In this document: positions 23,165-33,513 of the stretch, one piece after another
Position numbering within the stretch: the first letter of the stretch is position 1
How the letters are laid out: every line of letters begins with the position of its first letter
Origin: Candidatus Latescibacterota bacterium
GTDB lineage: Bacteria > Latescibacterota > UBA2968 > GCA-2709665
Direction: 5' to 3'
DNA length: 64,000 bases
NCBI GenBank assembly: GCA_965205485.1
Contig: OZ242180.1
Coordinates: 3,264,001 to 3,328,000, forward strand
Position numbers and translations under genes: made by a program
The notes under the pieces: generated by a model
The model's database searches: none
Seen by the model: the letters and a program-made list of their open reading frames with translations, nothing else
What the model was told of the DNA's origin: nothing

Positions 23165-25162
23165 ATGTCGGAAGAAAACAACACCGCAAGCCAGCCCGTC
23201 TCCCAGCCGTCCAGCGCGGAGGCACTGGAAGCACTGGACGAGCGCGAATACTCGGAAGAGGAATTCGCCTCGATGATGAGTCTGTACGAAGATACGATGA
23301 GCAATATCACCGAAGGTGAAATCGTCTCCGGGACCGTTCTGGCCGTCGCGGAGAATTCAGTCGTGGTCGATATCGGGTTCAAGTCCGAGGGCGCCATTCC
23401 GCTTGCCGAGTTCGCCGATCCGTCGGAAGTCGAGGTCGGACAGGAAATAGAGGTATATCTGGAAGACGTTGAAGATCAGGAAGGACAGATCGTACTGTCC
23501 AAGCAGAAGGCTGACTTCATGCGGGTGTGGGACCGCATCAAGGACGCTTACGACAGCGATCAGATCGTCGAGGGCCGGCTGGTGCGGCGGATCAAGGGCG
23601 GTATTGTGGTGGATCTGTTCGGCGTTGACGCGTTCCTGCCGGGATCTCAGATCGATATCAAGCAGGTGAAGAATTTCGATCAGTTCATCGGCGAGGTTTT
23701 CCCCTTCCGGATCATCAAACTCAACAAGAACCGGCGCAATATCGTCGTTTCCAGACGGGTCGTGCTGGAGGCCGAGAGGGAGCGTTTGCGCAAACAGATT
23801 CTTCAGACCCTGGAAGTCGGCCAGATCAGGGAAGGCGCGGTGAAGAATATCACGGATTTTGGCGCATTTATCGATCTGGGCGGTCTGGACGGCCTGTTGC
23901 ACATTACCGATATCTCCTGGGGCCGGATCGGACACCCGTCCGAGGTGTTGTCCATTGGCGACAATGTCCAGGTCAAAGTGCTCAACTACGACGAGGAGCG
24001 CGAGCGCATCTCTCTGGGCATGAAACAGCTGATGCCCCATCCCTGGGAGAATATAGAGGACAAGTATCCCGTCGGAGACCGCGTGGACGGCAAAGTGGTC
24101 AGCATCACGGATTACGGGGCTTTCGTGGAACTGGAACAGGGTGTGGAGGGTCTCGTCCATATCTCCGAGATGTCCTGGACACAGCATATCCGGCATCCGT
24201 CCAAGCTTGTCTCAATTGGCGACCAGTTGAAGGTTGTCATTCTGAACGTGGACAAGGACGGCCAGAAGATTTCGCTGGGCATGAAGCAGACGACCGACGA
24301 CCCCTGGCTTTCGCTGGACGAGAAGTATCCCGTGGGTACGCGTCTTACCGGTCTGGTGCGAAACCTGGTCAATTTCGGCGCGTTTGTGGAAATCGAAGAG
24401 GGAATCGACGGTCTGGTCCATATTTCCGATATGTCCTGGACACGGCGGGTGCGCCATCCCAGCGACGTCGTCAAGAAGGGTGAGCAGATCGACGTGGTTG
24501 TGCTGAATATAGACAAAAAACGTCGCCGTATCTCCCTGGGACACAAGCAGACCATAGAGAACCCCTGGCCTGAGCTGGCCGTCCAGTACGCGGTGGGTAA
24601 AACGACGGAGGGGAGGATATCCCGGCTGCTGGAGCGCGGGGTCGTGGTCGACCTGGACGGAGACGTGGAGGGTTTCATTCCGGTCTCGCAACTGGGACTG
24701 TCGGATCTTCAGACCCCTCAAACCCATTTCTCGGAGCATGACAAGTTACCCCTCAAGGTGGTGGAATTCGATGAAGAGCAGCGCAAGATCGTGTTGAGCG
24801 TCAAGGAATATATGCGAGACGCCGAACAGGCCGAGATCGATGCCTATATCGAAAGCCACCGGCCGAAGCCGGTCACGGTAGGCGACGTGGTGGGTGATGT
24901 GGCCGATTCGGAAGCGGGATCCGGGGATGCGGATTCCGATTCGAATGCCCGTGCCGACGCCGAGAGCCCCGCCGAAGGGGAGGATGCCGAATCAACCGGG
25001 GATGTGGCGTCGGTTCCGCAACCGGAAGCCAGCGCCGAAGGGTCCGCTGAAGAAACGGATGCCGAATCGACCGGCGGCGTTTCCGGCGAAGACGGTCCGC
25101 CGGCCGAGGAAACATCCGGCAGCCGCGATGAGACGGAGGCTTCGTCGAAATCGGAAGCATAG
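23165..25162 (+). CDS. rpsA: 30S ribosomal protein S1 with acidic C-terminal tail
   Basis: Six S1 domains (DIGFKSEG, AFLPGSQ, FGAFIDLGGLDGLLHITD, EGLVHISEMSW). Confidence 0.97.
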   Translation: MSEENNTASQPVSQPSSAEALEALDEREYSEEEFASMMSLYEDTMSNITEGEIVSGTVLAVAENSVVVDIGFKSEGAIPLAEFADPSEVEVGQEIEVYLEDVEDQEGQIVLSKQKADFMRVWDRIKDAYDSDQIVEGRLVRRIKGGIVVDLFGVDAFLPGSQIDIKQVKNFDQFIGEVFPFRIIKLNKNRRNIVVSRRVVLEAERERLRKQILQTLEVGQIREGAVKNITDFGAFIDLGGLDGLLHITDISWGRIGHPSEVLSIGDNVQVKVLNYDEERERISLGMKQLMPHPWENIEDKYPVGDRVDGKVVSITDYGAFVELEQGVEGLVHISEMSWTQHIRHPSKLVSIGDQLKVVILNVDKDGQKISLGMKQTTDDPWLSLDEKYPVGTRLTGLVRNLVNFGAFVEIEEGIDGLVHISDMSWTRRVRHPSDVVKKGEQIDVVVLNIDKKRRRISLGHKQTIENPWPELAVQYAVGKTTEGRISRLLERGVVVDLDGDVEGFIPVSQLGLSDLQTPQTHFSEHDKLPLKVVEFDEEQRKIVLSVKEYMRDAEQAEIDAYIESHRPKPVTVGDVVGDVADSEAGSGDADSDSNARADAESPAEGEDAESTGDVASVPQPEASAEGSAEETDAESTGGVSGEDGPPAEETSGSRDETEASSKSEA

Positions 25163-25188
25163 GATCATCGGACGGCGGGTTCGCTCGA

Positions 25189-25225
25189 AACAGAGAGTTG
25201 GGGGCATTGTCCTCAACTCTTTGTT
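25189..25225 (+). terminator. Intrinsic terminator after rpsA
   Basis: Hairpin AACAGAGAGTTGGGGG-CATTG-TCCTCAACTCTTTGTT with a T-rich 3' arm. Confidence 0.6.
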
Positions 25226-25263
25226 ATATGGATTCTGCAGATTCCGGACAACCGGCGCAGTAA

Positions 25264-26667
25264 ATGCGGGGAATTGACTGGATGGACGGAAACGTCAAGA
25301 CCGTATCGTTTTATACGCTCGGCTGCAAGCTGAATACCTACGATACGGAATGGTACCGCGAGCAATTCAGGCACGAGGGGTACCGTGAGGTCGCGTTCGG
25401 ACGCCCGGCGGATGTAACGGTTGTGAACACCTGTACCGTGACGGGTCAGGGCGCGTCTCAGTCACGGCAGATGTTGCGCCGGGCGCATCGGATATCTCCC
25501 GAAGGTACGGTCGTGGCAATGGGCTGTTACGCCCAGACCGATCCCGATGTGCTGATCGGCATGCCTGAAGTCGATCTCGTTGTCGGTACGGCCGAGAAGA
25601 CCCGGCTGCTCGATTTGATCAACGATACCTGTTCCATCGGACGAAGTTACGTGACCCGGCGCAGAACCGCCGAATTCCAGGAGATGGACATCTTCAATTT
25701 CGGCGGAAGGGCGCGCGCGTTCGTGAAGATCCAGGAGGGTTGCAACGAGTTCTGTTCATTCTGCATCATTCCGTTTGCGAGGGGTCGGAGCCGGAGCCGC
25801 AGTCTGCGCAGCTGTCTCGACCAGGTGCGGAGGCTGGTTGACGCCGGTTATCAGGAGGTCGTCGTTGCGGGGGTACACATTGGAGACTACGGTGCGGACC
25901 TGGACGGACACGGACTGCTTGATCTGTTCGAGGGCATTGAGCGGATCGAGGGCCTGCGGCGGTTTCGCGTGAGTTCGATCGAAGCGTCGTACATCAGCGA
26001 AGCAATGGTCGATTTCTTCTCGTCGTCATCCAGGTTCTGCAGGCATCTGCATATTCCGCTCCAGAGCGGCGACGACGGGATTCTGACATCAATGCGCAGG
26101 CCGTATACGCGCGCGCGTTACCTTTCGCTGATCGAAACGCTGGCCGAAAGGGTGCCCGATATCGGCCTGGGCGCGGATGTGATGGTGGGGTTTCCAGGAG
26201 AAACCGACGAGGCGTTCGGCAATACGTACGATCTGATTGACAAGGGTCCCCTCGCATTCCTGCATGTGTTTCCCTTTTCACCACGGGCCGGCACGATTGC
26301 GGCGAGAATGGGCGGGGAAGTGGATGCCGCCGTCAAGAAGCGGCGAGGCGCGCTGCTGAGGCGTCTTGGCGAGCGGAAGACACAAGCCTTCAACCGCCGA
26401 TTTGCCGGCAGGACCATGGACGTACTCTTTGAAGACAGACGCGAGCCGGAAACGGGATACCTGCAGGGCGTTACCGGCAATTACATTCGCGTCTTCGCCC
26501 AGGGGCCCGACAGCGCGAAGAATTCTGTCGCACCCGTGCGGGTGACTAACGTGCGGCCCGGTCGGGTCATCGGAAGGATGGCGGACGTCGATCCTGAGAT
26601 CCGCCGCGGAAGAGCAGAAGTCCCGCGTGGAGAAGGAGGCCGGGGTGGCGCATTGCGCGGTCGTTGA
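25264..26667 (+). CDS. mtaB: tRNA t6A37 methylthiotransferase MtaB
   Basis: TLGCKLN, NTCTVT, GCYAQ, QEGCNEFCSFCIIP, LHVFPFSPRAGT. Start may be 25282. Confidence 0.9.
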   Translation: MRGIDWMDGNVKTVSFYTLGCKLNTYDTEWYREQFRHEGYREVAFGRPADVTVVNTCTVTGQGASQSRQMLRRAHRISPEGTVVAMGCYAQTDPDVLIGMPEVDLVVGTAEKTRLLDLINDTCSIGRSYVTRRRTAEFQEMDIFNFGGRARAFVKIQEGCNEFCSFCIIPFARGRSRSRSLRSCLDQVRRLVDAGYQEVVVAGVHIGDYGADLDGHGLLDLFEGIERIEGLRRFRVSSIEASYISEAMVDFFSSSSRFCRHLHIPLQSGDDGILTSMRRPYTRARYLSLIETLAERVPDIGLGADVMVGFPGETDEAFGNTYDLIDKGPLAFLHVFPFSPRAGTIAARMGGEVDAAVKKRRGALLRRLGERKTQAFNRRFAGRTMDVLFEDRREPETGYLQGVTGNYIRVFAQGPDSAKNSVAPVRVTNVRPGRVIGRMADVDPEIRRGRAEVPRGEGGRGGALRGR

Positions 26668-26687
26668 ACGAGACTAGGAATCGTCAG

Positions 26688-29321
26688 ATGGCACGGCCAA
26701 GAGATGTCACGCCCGCAATGGAGCAGTACCTGCGTTTCAAGGATGAACACAGAGACGCCGTACTGCTTTTCAGAATGGGCGATTTTTATGAGACGTTCTA
26801 CGACGACGCCAAGGAGGTCTCCGGCCTTCTGGGACTGGCGTTGACGTCCCGCAACAACGGCAGGGGAGGCGAAAGCGTGCCGATGGCGGGCGTGCCTCAT
26901 CACGCGCTTGATACCTACCTGGCGAGGTTGATCAAGGCCGGTCGCAAGGTCGCCATCTGCGAACAGATGGAGGCGCCGCAAAAGGGCAAGGCGGTCGTGC
27001 GGCGCGAAGTCGTCCAGGTGGTGTCTCCGGGCACCGCGCTCTCGGACAACCTGCTCGATCAGAACCGGAATAACTACCTGCTGGGGCTCTGGGTGGAGTC
27101 GAACCGGCTGGGCGCCGCTGTAGCGGATCTGTCCACCGGTGATTTCCGCACCATGGAGAGGGATGTGTACGAACTGTGGGAGGTCCTGGAGCGGATCAGC
27201 CCTGCCGAAGTGCTCGCTCCCGAGTCATGGGTCGAAGCGAATGAGGACGAGATGACACGGCGAATGCCGGGTACGCTCCTCGTTCGCGCGGAAGACTGGC
27301 ATTTCGGATTCGCGTATGCGCACGACTTGCTTCTGGAACATTTCCGGGTCAACTCGTTAAAGGGTTTCGGCTGCGACCTGCTGACGGTGGGCGTCAGCGC
27401 GGCCGGTGCGGTGCTGGCGTATCTGAAGCAGAACCAGAAGGGCGCGGTCTCGCACATCACGCGTCTGTCACGAGAGTCCGAGAGTGCGTACATGGGCCTC
27501 GATCTGGTAACCCAGCGGAACCTGGAACTGATCACGTCAATACAGGATGGCCGGCGGGAAGGGACGCTGCTGTCCCTGCTTGACCGTACCTGCACCGCCA
27601 TGGGCGCTCGGACGCTACGGGCATGGCTTGCTCAGCCGCTGCTGGAGATATCCAGAATCGAATCCAGGCAGGATGCCGTGGAAGACCTCGTACGTCATCC
27701 TGTACGACGCGAGTCGGTCCGTGAGGCCCTGAAGCACGTCGGGGACCTCGAGCGGTTGATGTCACGCATCTGCTGCGGCCGCTGCAGCCCCAGGGACCTC
27801 GTGGCGCTCAAGACATCGCTTCAGGCCATACCGGTACTGCGGGACACGCTGGATGAGGCCGTTTCGGAACTGCTGGTGAAGGCGAGATGCCACGGGTTGC
27901 CGGAACTGGGCGAACTGGTCGAGCTGATCCGCCGCACGGTTGTGGATGAGCCGCCGTTTCAGTTGAGTGACGGGGGCATCATCAGGGAGGGCCATAACGG
28001 GGAGCTCGACGAACTTCGGGACGCGGCGTCCGGAGGACGCCGCTGGGTCGCTGAATTGCAGGCGAGAGAGAGGGAACGTACCGGCATCCCGTCGCTCAAG
28101 GTCGGATACAACAAGGCTTTCGGGTACTATATCGAAATTACCAAGGCGAATATGGACAGGGCTCCGGACGACTACCTGCGGAAACAGACCCTGGTGAACG
28201 CGGAGCGCTTCATTACCCCTGCGCTGAAGGAGTGGGAAGCGAAGATCCTTGGCGCCGACGAACGGGCGAAAGAACTCGAGAAAGAGCTGTTTCAGCAACT
28301 CAGGGGTGAAGTTGAGGCCTGGGTGGACGAGGTGCAGCGCACGGCGCGCGCCGTGGCCGTGGTGGACGTGCTGGCCTGCCTGGCAGAGGTGGCTGCGGTT
28401 AACGACTATGTCCGTCCGGAAGTGGATGAATCCACGGGCATCGATATTCGGGAGGGTCGTCATCCCGTTGTCGAAGGGTTGTTGCCGGCGGGCAAGTTTG
28501 TACCCAACGATTTCTTCGTGGATGGCGAACGCGAACAGGTGCTGATCATTACCGGTCCGAATATGGCCGGTAAATCCACGATATTGAGGCAGATCGGCCT
28601 GATCGTGCTGCTGGCGCAACTGGGCAGCTTTGTTCCGGCAAGGGCCGCGCGTGTCGGTGTTGTGGACCGGATTTTCACCCGTGTCGGCGCGTCCGACAAT
28701 CTGGCCAGGGGCGAGTCCACGTTTCTTGTGGAGATGAACGAAGCCGCGAACATCCTGAACAACGCCAGCCCCAGAAGCCTGGTGCTTCTGGATGAAATCG
28801 GCCGCGGCACCAGTACGTTCGACGGGCTGAGCATTGCCTGGGCCATGACGGAATATCTGCACGACACGGCGTCCATTCAACCCCGCACGCTGTTCGCCAC
28901 TCACTATCATGAATTGACTGAACTCGAGGAATCGCTGGCGAGAGTGAAGAATTACAGCGTTGCGGTCAGGAAGGAAGGCGACAACGTCACGTTTCTGCAC
29001 CGGCTGGTGCCCGGCGGGTGCGACCACAGTTACGGCATCGAGGTGGCGCGGCTTGCCGGCATGCCCCGCAACCTGATTGCAAGAGCCCGTGAAGTGTTGC
29101 GGACGCTGGAAGCAAACGACCTGACCCCCGCGGAACGGAAGACACAGGCCTCCGTGAGTCGTGAGGCAGCCGTCGCCGGGGGACAGATGAATCTGTTCGA
29201 CCGGCCTCCGGAGGACCCGGTCCTGACCGAGTTGCGCAAACTGGACCTGGGCAAGACCACGCCGCTCGAGGCGCTTGTTACTCTGGACCGGTGGAAAAAG
29301 GAGATGGAAGGAAGGATATGA
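26688..29321 (+). CDS. mutS: DNA mismatch repair protein MutS
   Basis: TPAMEQY, FRMGDFYE, TGPNMAGKST, DEIGRGTST, FATHYHEL. Confidence 0.98.
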   Translation: MARPRDVTPAMEQYLRFKDEHRDAVLLFRMGDFYETFYDDAKEVSGLLGLALTSRNNGRGGESVPMAGVPHHALDTYLARLIKAGRKVAICEQMEAPQKGKAVVRREVVQVVSPGTALSDNLLDQNRNNYLLGLWVESNRLGAAVADLSTGDFRTMERDVYELWEVLERISPAEVLAPESWVEANEDEMTRRMPGTLLVRAEDWHFGFAYAHDLLLEHFRVNSLKGFGCDLLTVGVSAAGAVLAYLKQNQKGAVSHITRLSRESESAYMGLDLVTQRNLELITSIQDGRREGTLLSLLDRTCTAMGARTLRAWLAQPLLEISRIESRQDAVEDLVRHPVRRESVREALKHVGDLERLMSRICCGRCSPRDLVALKTSLQAIPVLRDTLDEAVSELLVKARCHGLPELGELVELIRRTVVDEPPFQLSDGGIIREGHNGELDELRDAASGGRRWVAELQARERERTGIPSLKVGYNKAFGYYIEITKANMDRAPDDYLRKQTLVNAERFITPALKEWEAKILGADERAKELEKELFQQLRGEVEAWVDEVQRTARAVAVVDVLACLAEVAAVNDYVRPEVDESTGIDIREGRHPVVEGLLPAGKFVPNDFFVDGEREQVLIITGPNMAGKSTILRQIGLIVLLAQLGSFVPARAARVGVVDRIFTRVGASDNLARGESTFLVEMNEAANILNNASPRSLVLLDEIGRGTSTFDGLSIAWAMTEYLHDTASIQPRTLFATHYHELTELEESLARVKNYSVAVRKEGDNVTFLHRLVPGGCDHSYGIEVARLAGMPRNLIARAREVLRTLEANDLTPAERKTQASVSREAAVAGGQMNLFDRPPEDPVLTELRKLDLGKTTPLEALVTLDRWKKEMEGRI

Positions 29322-29401
29322 GGGCTGGCGCCGCACATCCGGAGGCTGATGAACGTCTTGAATGCTGAGGGACGCCGATTAACGACTCGTCTGCCGGGTT
29401 C

Positions 29402-31618
29402 CTACAAGACGTCGTCCGATGTTCCGTTGATGCGCTGAACGGATGAGACGCCGGGCACGGAGAGTATTTTCTTTCTGAGGTCGCGGAGCTGCGCGACGTC
29501 TCTGACCTCTACGGTGAACCGGTTTCCGACATGGCCGCCGTCGGTGTTCAGCATGCCCTCGATCACGGGCACGCCCAGGCCCGATATCGCGTCGCTGACG
29601 TCGCGGAGGAAATTGGGACGGTCGACACCGCTGACGCGGATCTGCACCGTGAATGTCGTTTCTTCTTCGGAATTCCAGTCGACGTCAATCAGGCGGTCGC
29701 GGCCTTCAGGCAGGTTTGAAATGTTGCGACAGTCCCGTCGGTGCACGGAGATGCCCTTACCGCGCGTGATTACGCCGAGAACCACGTCGCCATAAATGGG
29801 CTGGCAGCAGCGGGCGAACTGAATCATCAGGTGATTCAGACTGTGAATGACGATCGGATTCTTCCGGACCGGCTTCCTGGGTTCCGCACGCTGTCGCTTC
29901 GGAGTCGGGCGGGCCGCGGGAAAGATCCGATGCACCACCCGTTCCAGCGAGACGGTCCCGTTGCCCAGGCTCGCGTAGAGATGTTCGATGTCCCGCAGAT
30001 TGAAATGTGCGGCGGCCGCTTCGAGTTTGTCTTCGGTGGTTCGTTTGCGTCTTCTCTTGAGTTCGCGGTCCAGGATGTCCTGGCCAAGCCGGACGCTTTG
30101 AGAATAGGCTTCCTCGCGCAACCAGCGCTTGATCCGGCTGCGGGCTTTCGCGCTTTTTACAAAGTCGAGCCAGTCACGATTGGGTCTCTGGTGCGGCGAA
30201 GTCATCACCTCGACGGTACTGCCCGTTTGCAGCGGGGTGGACAGGGGGACCATCTGGTCGTCCACCCGGCTGCCGGTACATCGCAGCCCGACGTCGGTGT
30301 GCACCGCAAAGGCAAAGTCCAGAGGCGTAGCGTCTTCCGGCAGCTGGATGAGGTCGCCCTTGGGGGTGAAGACGTAGATCTCGTTTGGAAAGAGATCCAC
30401 CTTCAGGTGATCCATGAATTCCCGCGGATCGCTGGTTTCGCGCTGCCACTCCAGAAGGCTGCGCAGCCAGGCCATGTGGCGGTCCATTTCGGACGGGCCC
30501 CGCTTGCCCTCCTTGTAAAGCCAATGGGCCGCAATCCCGACTTCCGCGGTCTGATGCATTTCCCGCGTGCGGATCTGCACTTCCAGCATGATGCCGCTCG
30601 GTCCCACAATCGTGGTGTGAAGCGACTGGTACATGTTGCTCTTGGGCGTGGCGATGAAATCTTTGAAGCGGGCGATGACCGGAGGATACATGGTGTGGAC
30701 CAGGCCCAGAACATTGTAGCATTCCGGTACGGTTTCAACCAGGATGCGGAGCGCGAGAAGATCGTAGATTTCGTCGAACGTCTTGCCACGCACGTTCATC
30801 TTTTTGTAAATGCTGCTGAAATTCTTCGAACGGCCCGTCATTTCGGCCTGGATTCCTGCTTTTTCGAGCGCCTCCGCAAGCGGTTTCTGCACGGCTTCGA
30901 TGCAGGACTCCCGCTCCTCGCGCGTCAGGTTGATCTTCTCCTGGATGTACCGGTACGCTTTCGGTTCCAGCCACTTGAGGCTGAGGTCTTCGAGTTCCGC
31001 GCGCATTCGGGACATGCCAAGCCGGTGGGCAAGGGGCGCGTAGATATCGCGACTCTCGTAGACCATGCGTTCCTGGCTTGAGGGCCGCATGTATTTGAGG
31101 GTGCGCATGTTGTGCAGGCGGTCCGCCAGTTTGACGAGAACCACGCGAATGTCTCTGGCCATCGACAGCAGCATCTTGCGGAAATTCTCGGCCTGTTCCG
31201 ATTCGGGGCTCTGAAAGGAAAAGTCCTTGATGCGGGAAACGCCATCCACGAGGCCGGCGATTTCGGGCCCGAAATGGGACTCGATCTGAGAGAGCGGAAC
31301 GCGGGTCTCGTTGACGACGTCGTGCAGCAGGCCGGCCGCAACGGTGGGAGCGTCCAGACCGAGGTCGATCAGGATGCGGCACACGGCCATTGCGTGGGAT
31401 ATGGCGGGATCGCCCGATTTGCGTTGCTGGTTTCGATGCGCCAGTTCGGCAAAGTGGTATGCTTTGGCAATGAGGCTCAGATTCTGGTTCGGACGGACGT
31501 CGATCGCAGCCCGGAGCAGGTTCTGAAGTTCGGGAAAAGTCGACTCGGATTCGAAAATGGCTTCGATGGCGGGGTGGGACTCGGATTCAGCCGTCAGCAG
31601 CGCCACGGAGACCTCCAT
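29402..31618 (-). CDS. rel: Long RSH (p)ppGpp synthetase, Rel family, with atypical hydrolase motif
   Basis: KLADRLHNMRTL, RFKD, YQSLHT, EVQIRT; TGS, CC and ACT domains. Start uncertain (31618-31678). Confidence 0.93.
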   Translation of the reverse strand: MEVSVALLTAESESHPAIEAIFESESTFPELQNLLRAAIDVRPNQNLSLIAKAYHFAELAHRNQQRKSGDPAISHAMAVCRILIDLGLDAPTVAAGLLHDVVNETRVPLSQIESHFGPEIAGLVDGVSRIKDFSFQSPESEQAENFRKMLLSMARDIRVVLVKLADRLHNMRTLKYMRPSSQERMVYESRDIYAPLAHRLGMSRMRAELEDLSLKWLEPKAYRYIQEKINLTREERESCIEAVQKPLAEALEKAGIQAEMTGRSKNFSSIYKKMNVRGKTFDEIYDLLALRILVETVPECYNVLGLVHTMYPPVIARFKDFIATPKSNMYQSLHTTIVGPSGIMLEVQIRTREMHQTAEVGIAAHWLYKEGKRGPSEMDRHMAWLRSLLEWQRETSDPREFMDHLKVDLFPNEIYVFTPKGDLIQLPEDATPLDFAFAVHTDVGLRCTGSRVDDQMVPLSTPLQTGSTVEVMTSPHQRPNRDWLDFVKSAKARSRIKRWLREEAYSQSVRLGQDILDRELKRRRKRTTEDKLEAAAAHFNLRDIEHLYASLGNGTVSLERVVHRIFPAARPTPKRQRAEPRKPVRKNPIVIHSLNHLMIQFARCCQPIYGDVVLGVITRGKGISVHRRDCRNISNLPEGRDRLIDVDWNSEEETTFTVQIRVSGVDRPNFLRDVSDAISGLGVPVIEGMLNTDGGHVGNRFTVEVRDVAQLRDLRKKILSVPGVSSVQRINGTSDDVL

Positions 31619-31869
31619 CGGATTATATCGGCCCACGATTCGGGGCCGTCTCTTGGCGAATACCATCAGGCCCTTCAATTTAACATATCAACGCGTTGGA
31701 GTCAACCGGCGGCGGCGTGCGCCGGGGGCGTGATTTCTCACGATCGGTGTCCTGAGCGCGGCGTTGTTACCGGGCCTTCGTTGTTGCTTTCGCCGCAGAC
31801 TGTCCGGCCACCGGGCGGCATCTGCCGATAGATGCGATCGCTCAATGACAGGGTTCGTGGAGGTTCGAC

Positions 31870-32802
31870 ATGTCCTCAGAAGAAATCCGGGGGGTGGTGG
31901 CGGTGCTGGTAACGCCATTCGACGAACGGGAAGAAATCGTATTTGAAGATATCGGACGGCAGGTGGAGGCGGCGGTGGCGTTCGGCATCGGCGCGGTCTG
32001 TCTGCCTGCCTACGCGAGCGAGTTTTACAAGCAATCGGGACGCGAGCGTCTTGCTGTCGTTCGTACCGCGGTGGCGTCCGCCGCCGGGAGGATTCCGGTG
32101 GTCGGCCAGTCGAACCACCCTTCGGCCCGGCAGGCGGCGAATTTCGCGCGGGCAAACGCGGATGCCGGCGCCGACGTGATCAGTTTCGCGATTCCGAGAC
32201 AGTTCGGCACGACGGATGCGGACCTGCTGGCCTATTGCCGGACGATCTGTGACGCGGTGCAGGTCCCGATCCTGATACAGGATTTCAATCCGGGCGGGCC
32301 CACCGTCGATGGCGCCTACTGCCGCCGGCTTCGCGAATCCTGCGACAATTTCAGGTATATCAAGCTGGAGGAACCGCTTCTGGGTCGCAAGCTTCGCGGC
32401 ATTCGGGAGGAAACGAGCGACCAGGTCGCCGTGCTGGAGGGTTGGGGCGGCATGTATATGCCTGACCTGTTCGAGTGGGGCGTTGCGGGCGTGATGCCGG
32501 GGCTCGGGCACGCCGACGTGATGAATCGGATCTGGGAACTGGGGTCGGCCGGTGACGTGGACGGCGCACTGGACGTGTTCGATGGGGTCCTGGCGCAGAT
32601 CGTCTTCTCCCTTCAGGATATGGAGCTCTATCTGACGGTGGAGAAGCGGCTGTTGGCCGCCAGGGGAATTATCAGACATTCAACGGTGCGCAGCCTCGCA
32701 TTGACGCCGGACCGGGAAACACTGTTGCACGCGGACCGGCTGAATGAACGCGTGTTGCGGGCCGCCGACCGGTTGGGCTTGGCGCGGCAACCTCTGGACT
32801 GA
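31870..32802 (+). CDS. Dihydrodipicolinate synthase / N-acetylneuraminate lyase family protein
   Basis: GVVAVLVTPF, ASEFY, IPVVG, Schiff-base YIKLE. Confidence 0.8.
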   Translation: MSSEEIRGVVAVLVTPFDEREEIVFEDIGRQVEAAVAFGIGAVCLPAYASEFYKQSGRERLAVVRTAVASAAGRIPVVGQSNHPSARQAANFARANADAGADVISFAIPRQFGTTDADLLAYCRTICDAVQVPILIQDFNPGGPTVDGAYCRRLRESCDNFRYIKLEEPLLGRKLRGIREETSDQVAVLEGWGGMYMPDLFEWGVAGVMPGLGHADVMNRIWELGSAGDVDGALDVFDGVLAQIVFSLQDMELYLTVEKRLLAARGIIRHSTVRSLALTPDRETLLHADRLNERVLRAADRLGLARQPLD

Positions 32803-32919
32803 CCCGAAGTGCGAGTTTTCGCTTGCCTGAGGGAAAAGAACAGGCTAAATTGTCCACGTATGAAAGTGCGCCCGCGGCAGTGGCGAGGTCATCGGTCGAA
32901 CGAGGAGTCATTTTCCGGT

Positions 32920-33300
32920 ATGCGAGGACCCCGATACAACACGGTGCTGGAGCGGTGTCATCCCCGAACGGAGACGGTGCCGCTGTCATTCATCCTCCGG
33001 CATTCGCTCGATCCCGATCCCTATGCGAACATGGATCTGGACGTTGAAAAACTGGATGCCGTCAAGAACGTGATCGAGCCCACGCTGACCGGCCGCAAGT
33101 ACGAGGTACTGCTCCTTCGCTCGCAGGGCAAGTCCATGGCGGAAATCGCGATGCTGCTCTCCGTCTCCAAGAGTACGGTCCGGAACTATTACCTTCAGGC
33201 GATAAAGCAGGTACGCGAGGCGCTGGGCGTCGAAACGGAACCGAAAGGGACGCCTGTCCGTAAGGACGAAAACGAAACGGTTTCGCCGGCTACGGCGTAG
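32920..33300 (+). CDS. Small sigma70-region-4/LuxR-type HTH protein
   Basis: LTGRKYEVLLLRSQGKSMAEIAMLLSVSKSTVRNYYLQA. Start uncertain (32860/32920/33031). Confidence 0.7.
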   Translation: MRGPRYNTVLERCHPRTETVPLSFILRHSLDPDPYANMDLDVEKLDAVKNVIEPTLTGRKYEVLLLRSQGKSMAEIAMLLSVSKSTVRNYYLQAIKQVREALGVETEPKGTPVRKDENETVSPATA

Positions 33301-33399
33301 CAGTCCGTTGTTAAAGTCGCTCTGCAGGCGAGGCCGAGCAACGCAGGTTTTCGACCGCAAGGGCCGGCCGCAGCCCCGATGGGCCTTTTCAACGGGCTG
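33301..33399. mobile_element. MITE family B, copy 2 (99 bp, inverted, internal deletion)
   Basis: Reverse complement of both ends of 2844-3002. TIRs CAGTCCGTTGTTAAA / TTTTCAACGGGCTG. Begins directly after a TAG stop. Confidence 0.75.
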
Positions 33400-33430
33400 A
33401 TTGACGGACGGGACGGAAGGAGCGGTTACA

Positions 33431-33457
33431 GGGGCAGCTACTGGCTGTCTTTTTTTG
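33431..33457 (+). terminator. Intrinsic terminator
   Basis: GGGGCAGC-TACTG-GCTGTC followed by T7. Confidence 0.6.
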
Positions 33458-33513
33458 TTGGACGGTTGCACGGCTGGTCCGGCCGACATCGATTTCGAAG
33501 AAAGGAGCCTGAG

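Noticed and set aside
27762..31081. Long antisense ORFs (e.g. 524 aa opposite mutS, 446 aa opposite rel)
   Set aside because: Expected in GC-rich DNA opposite conserved genes; no motifs.
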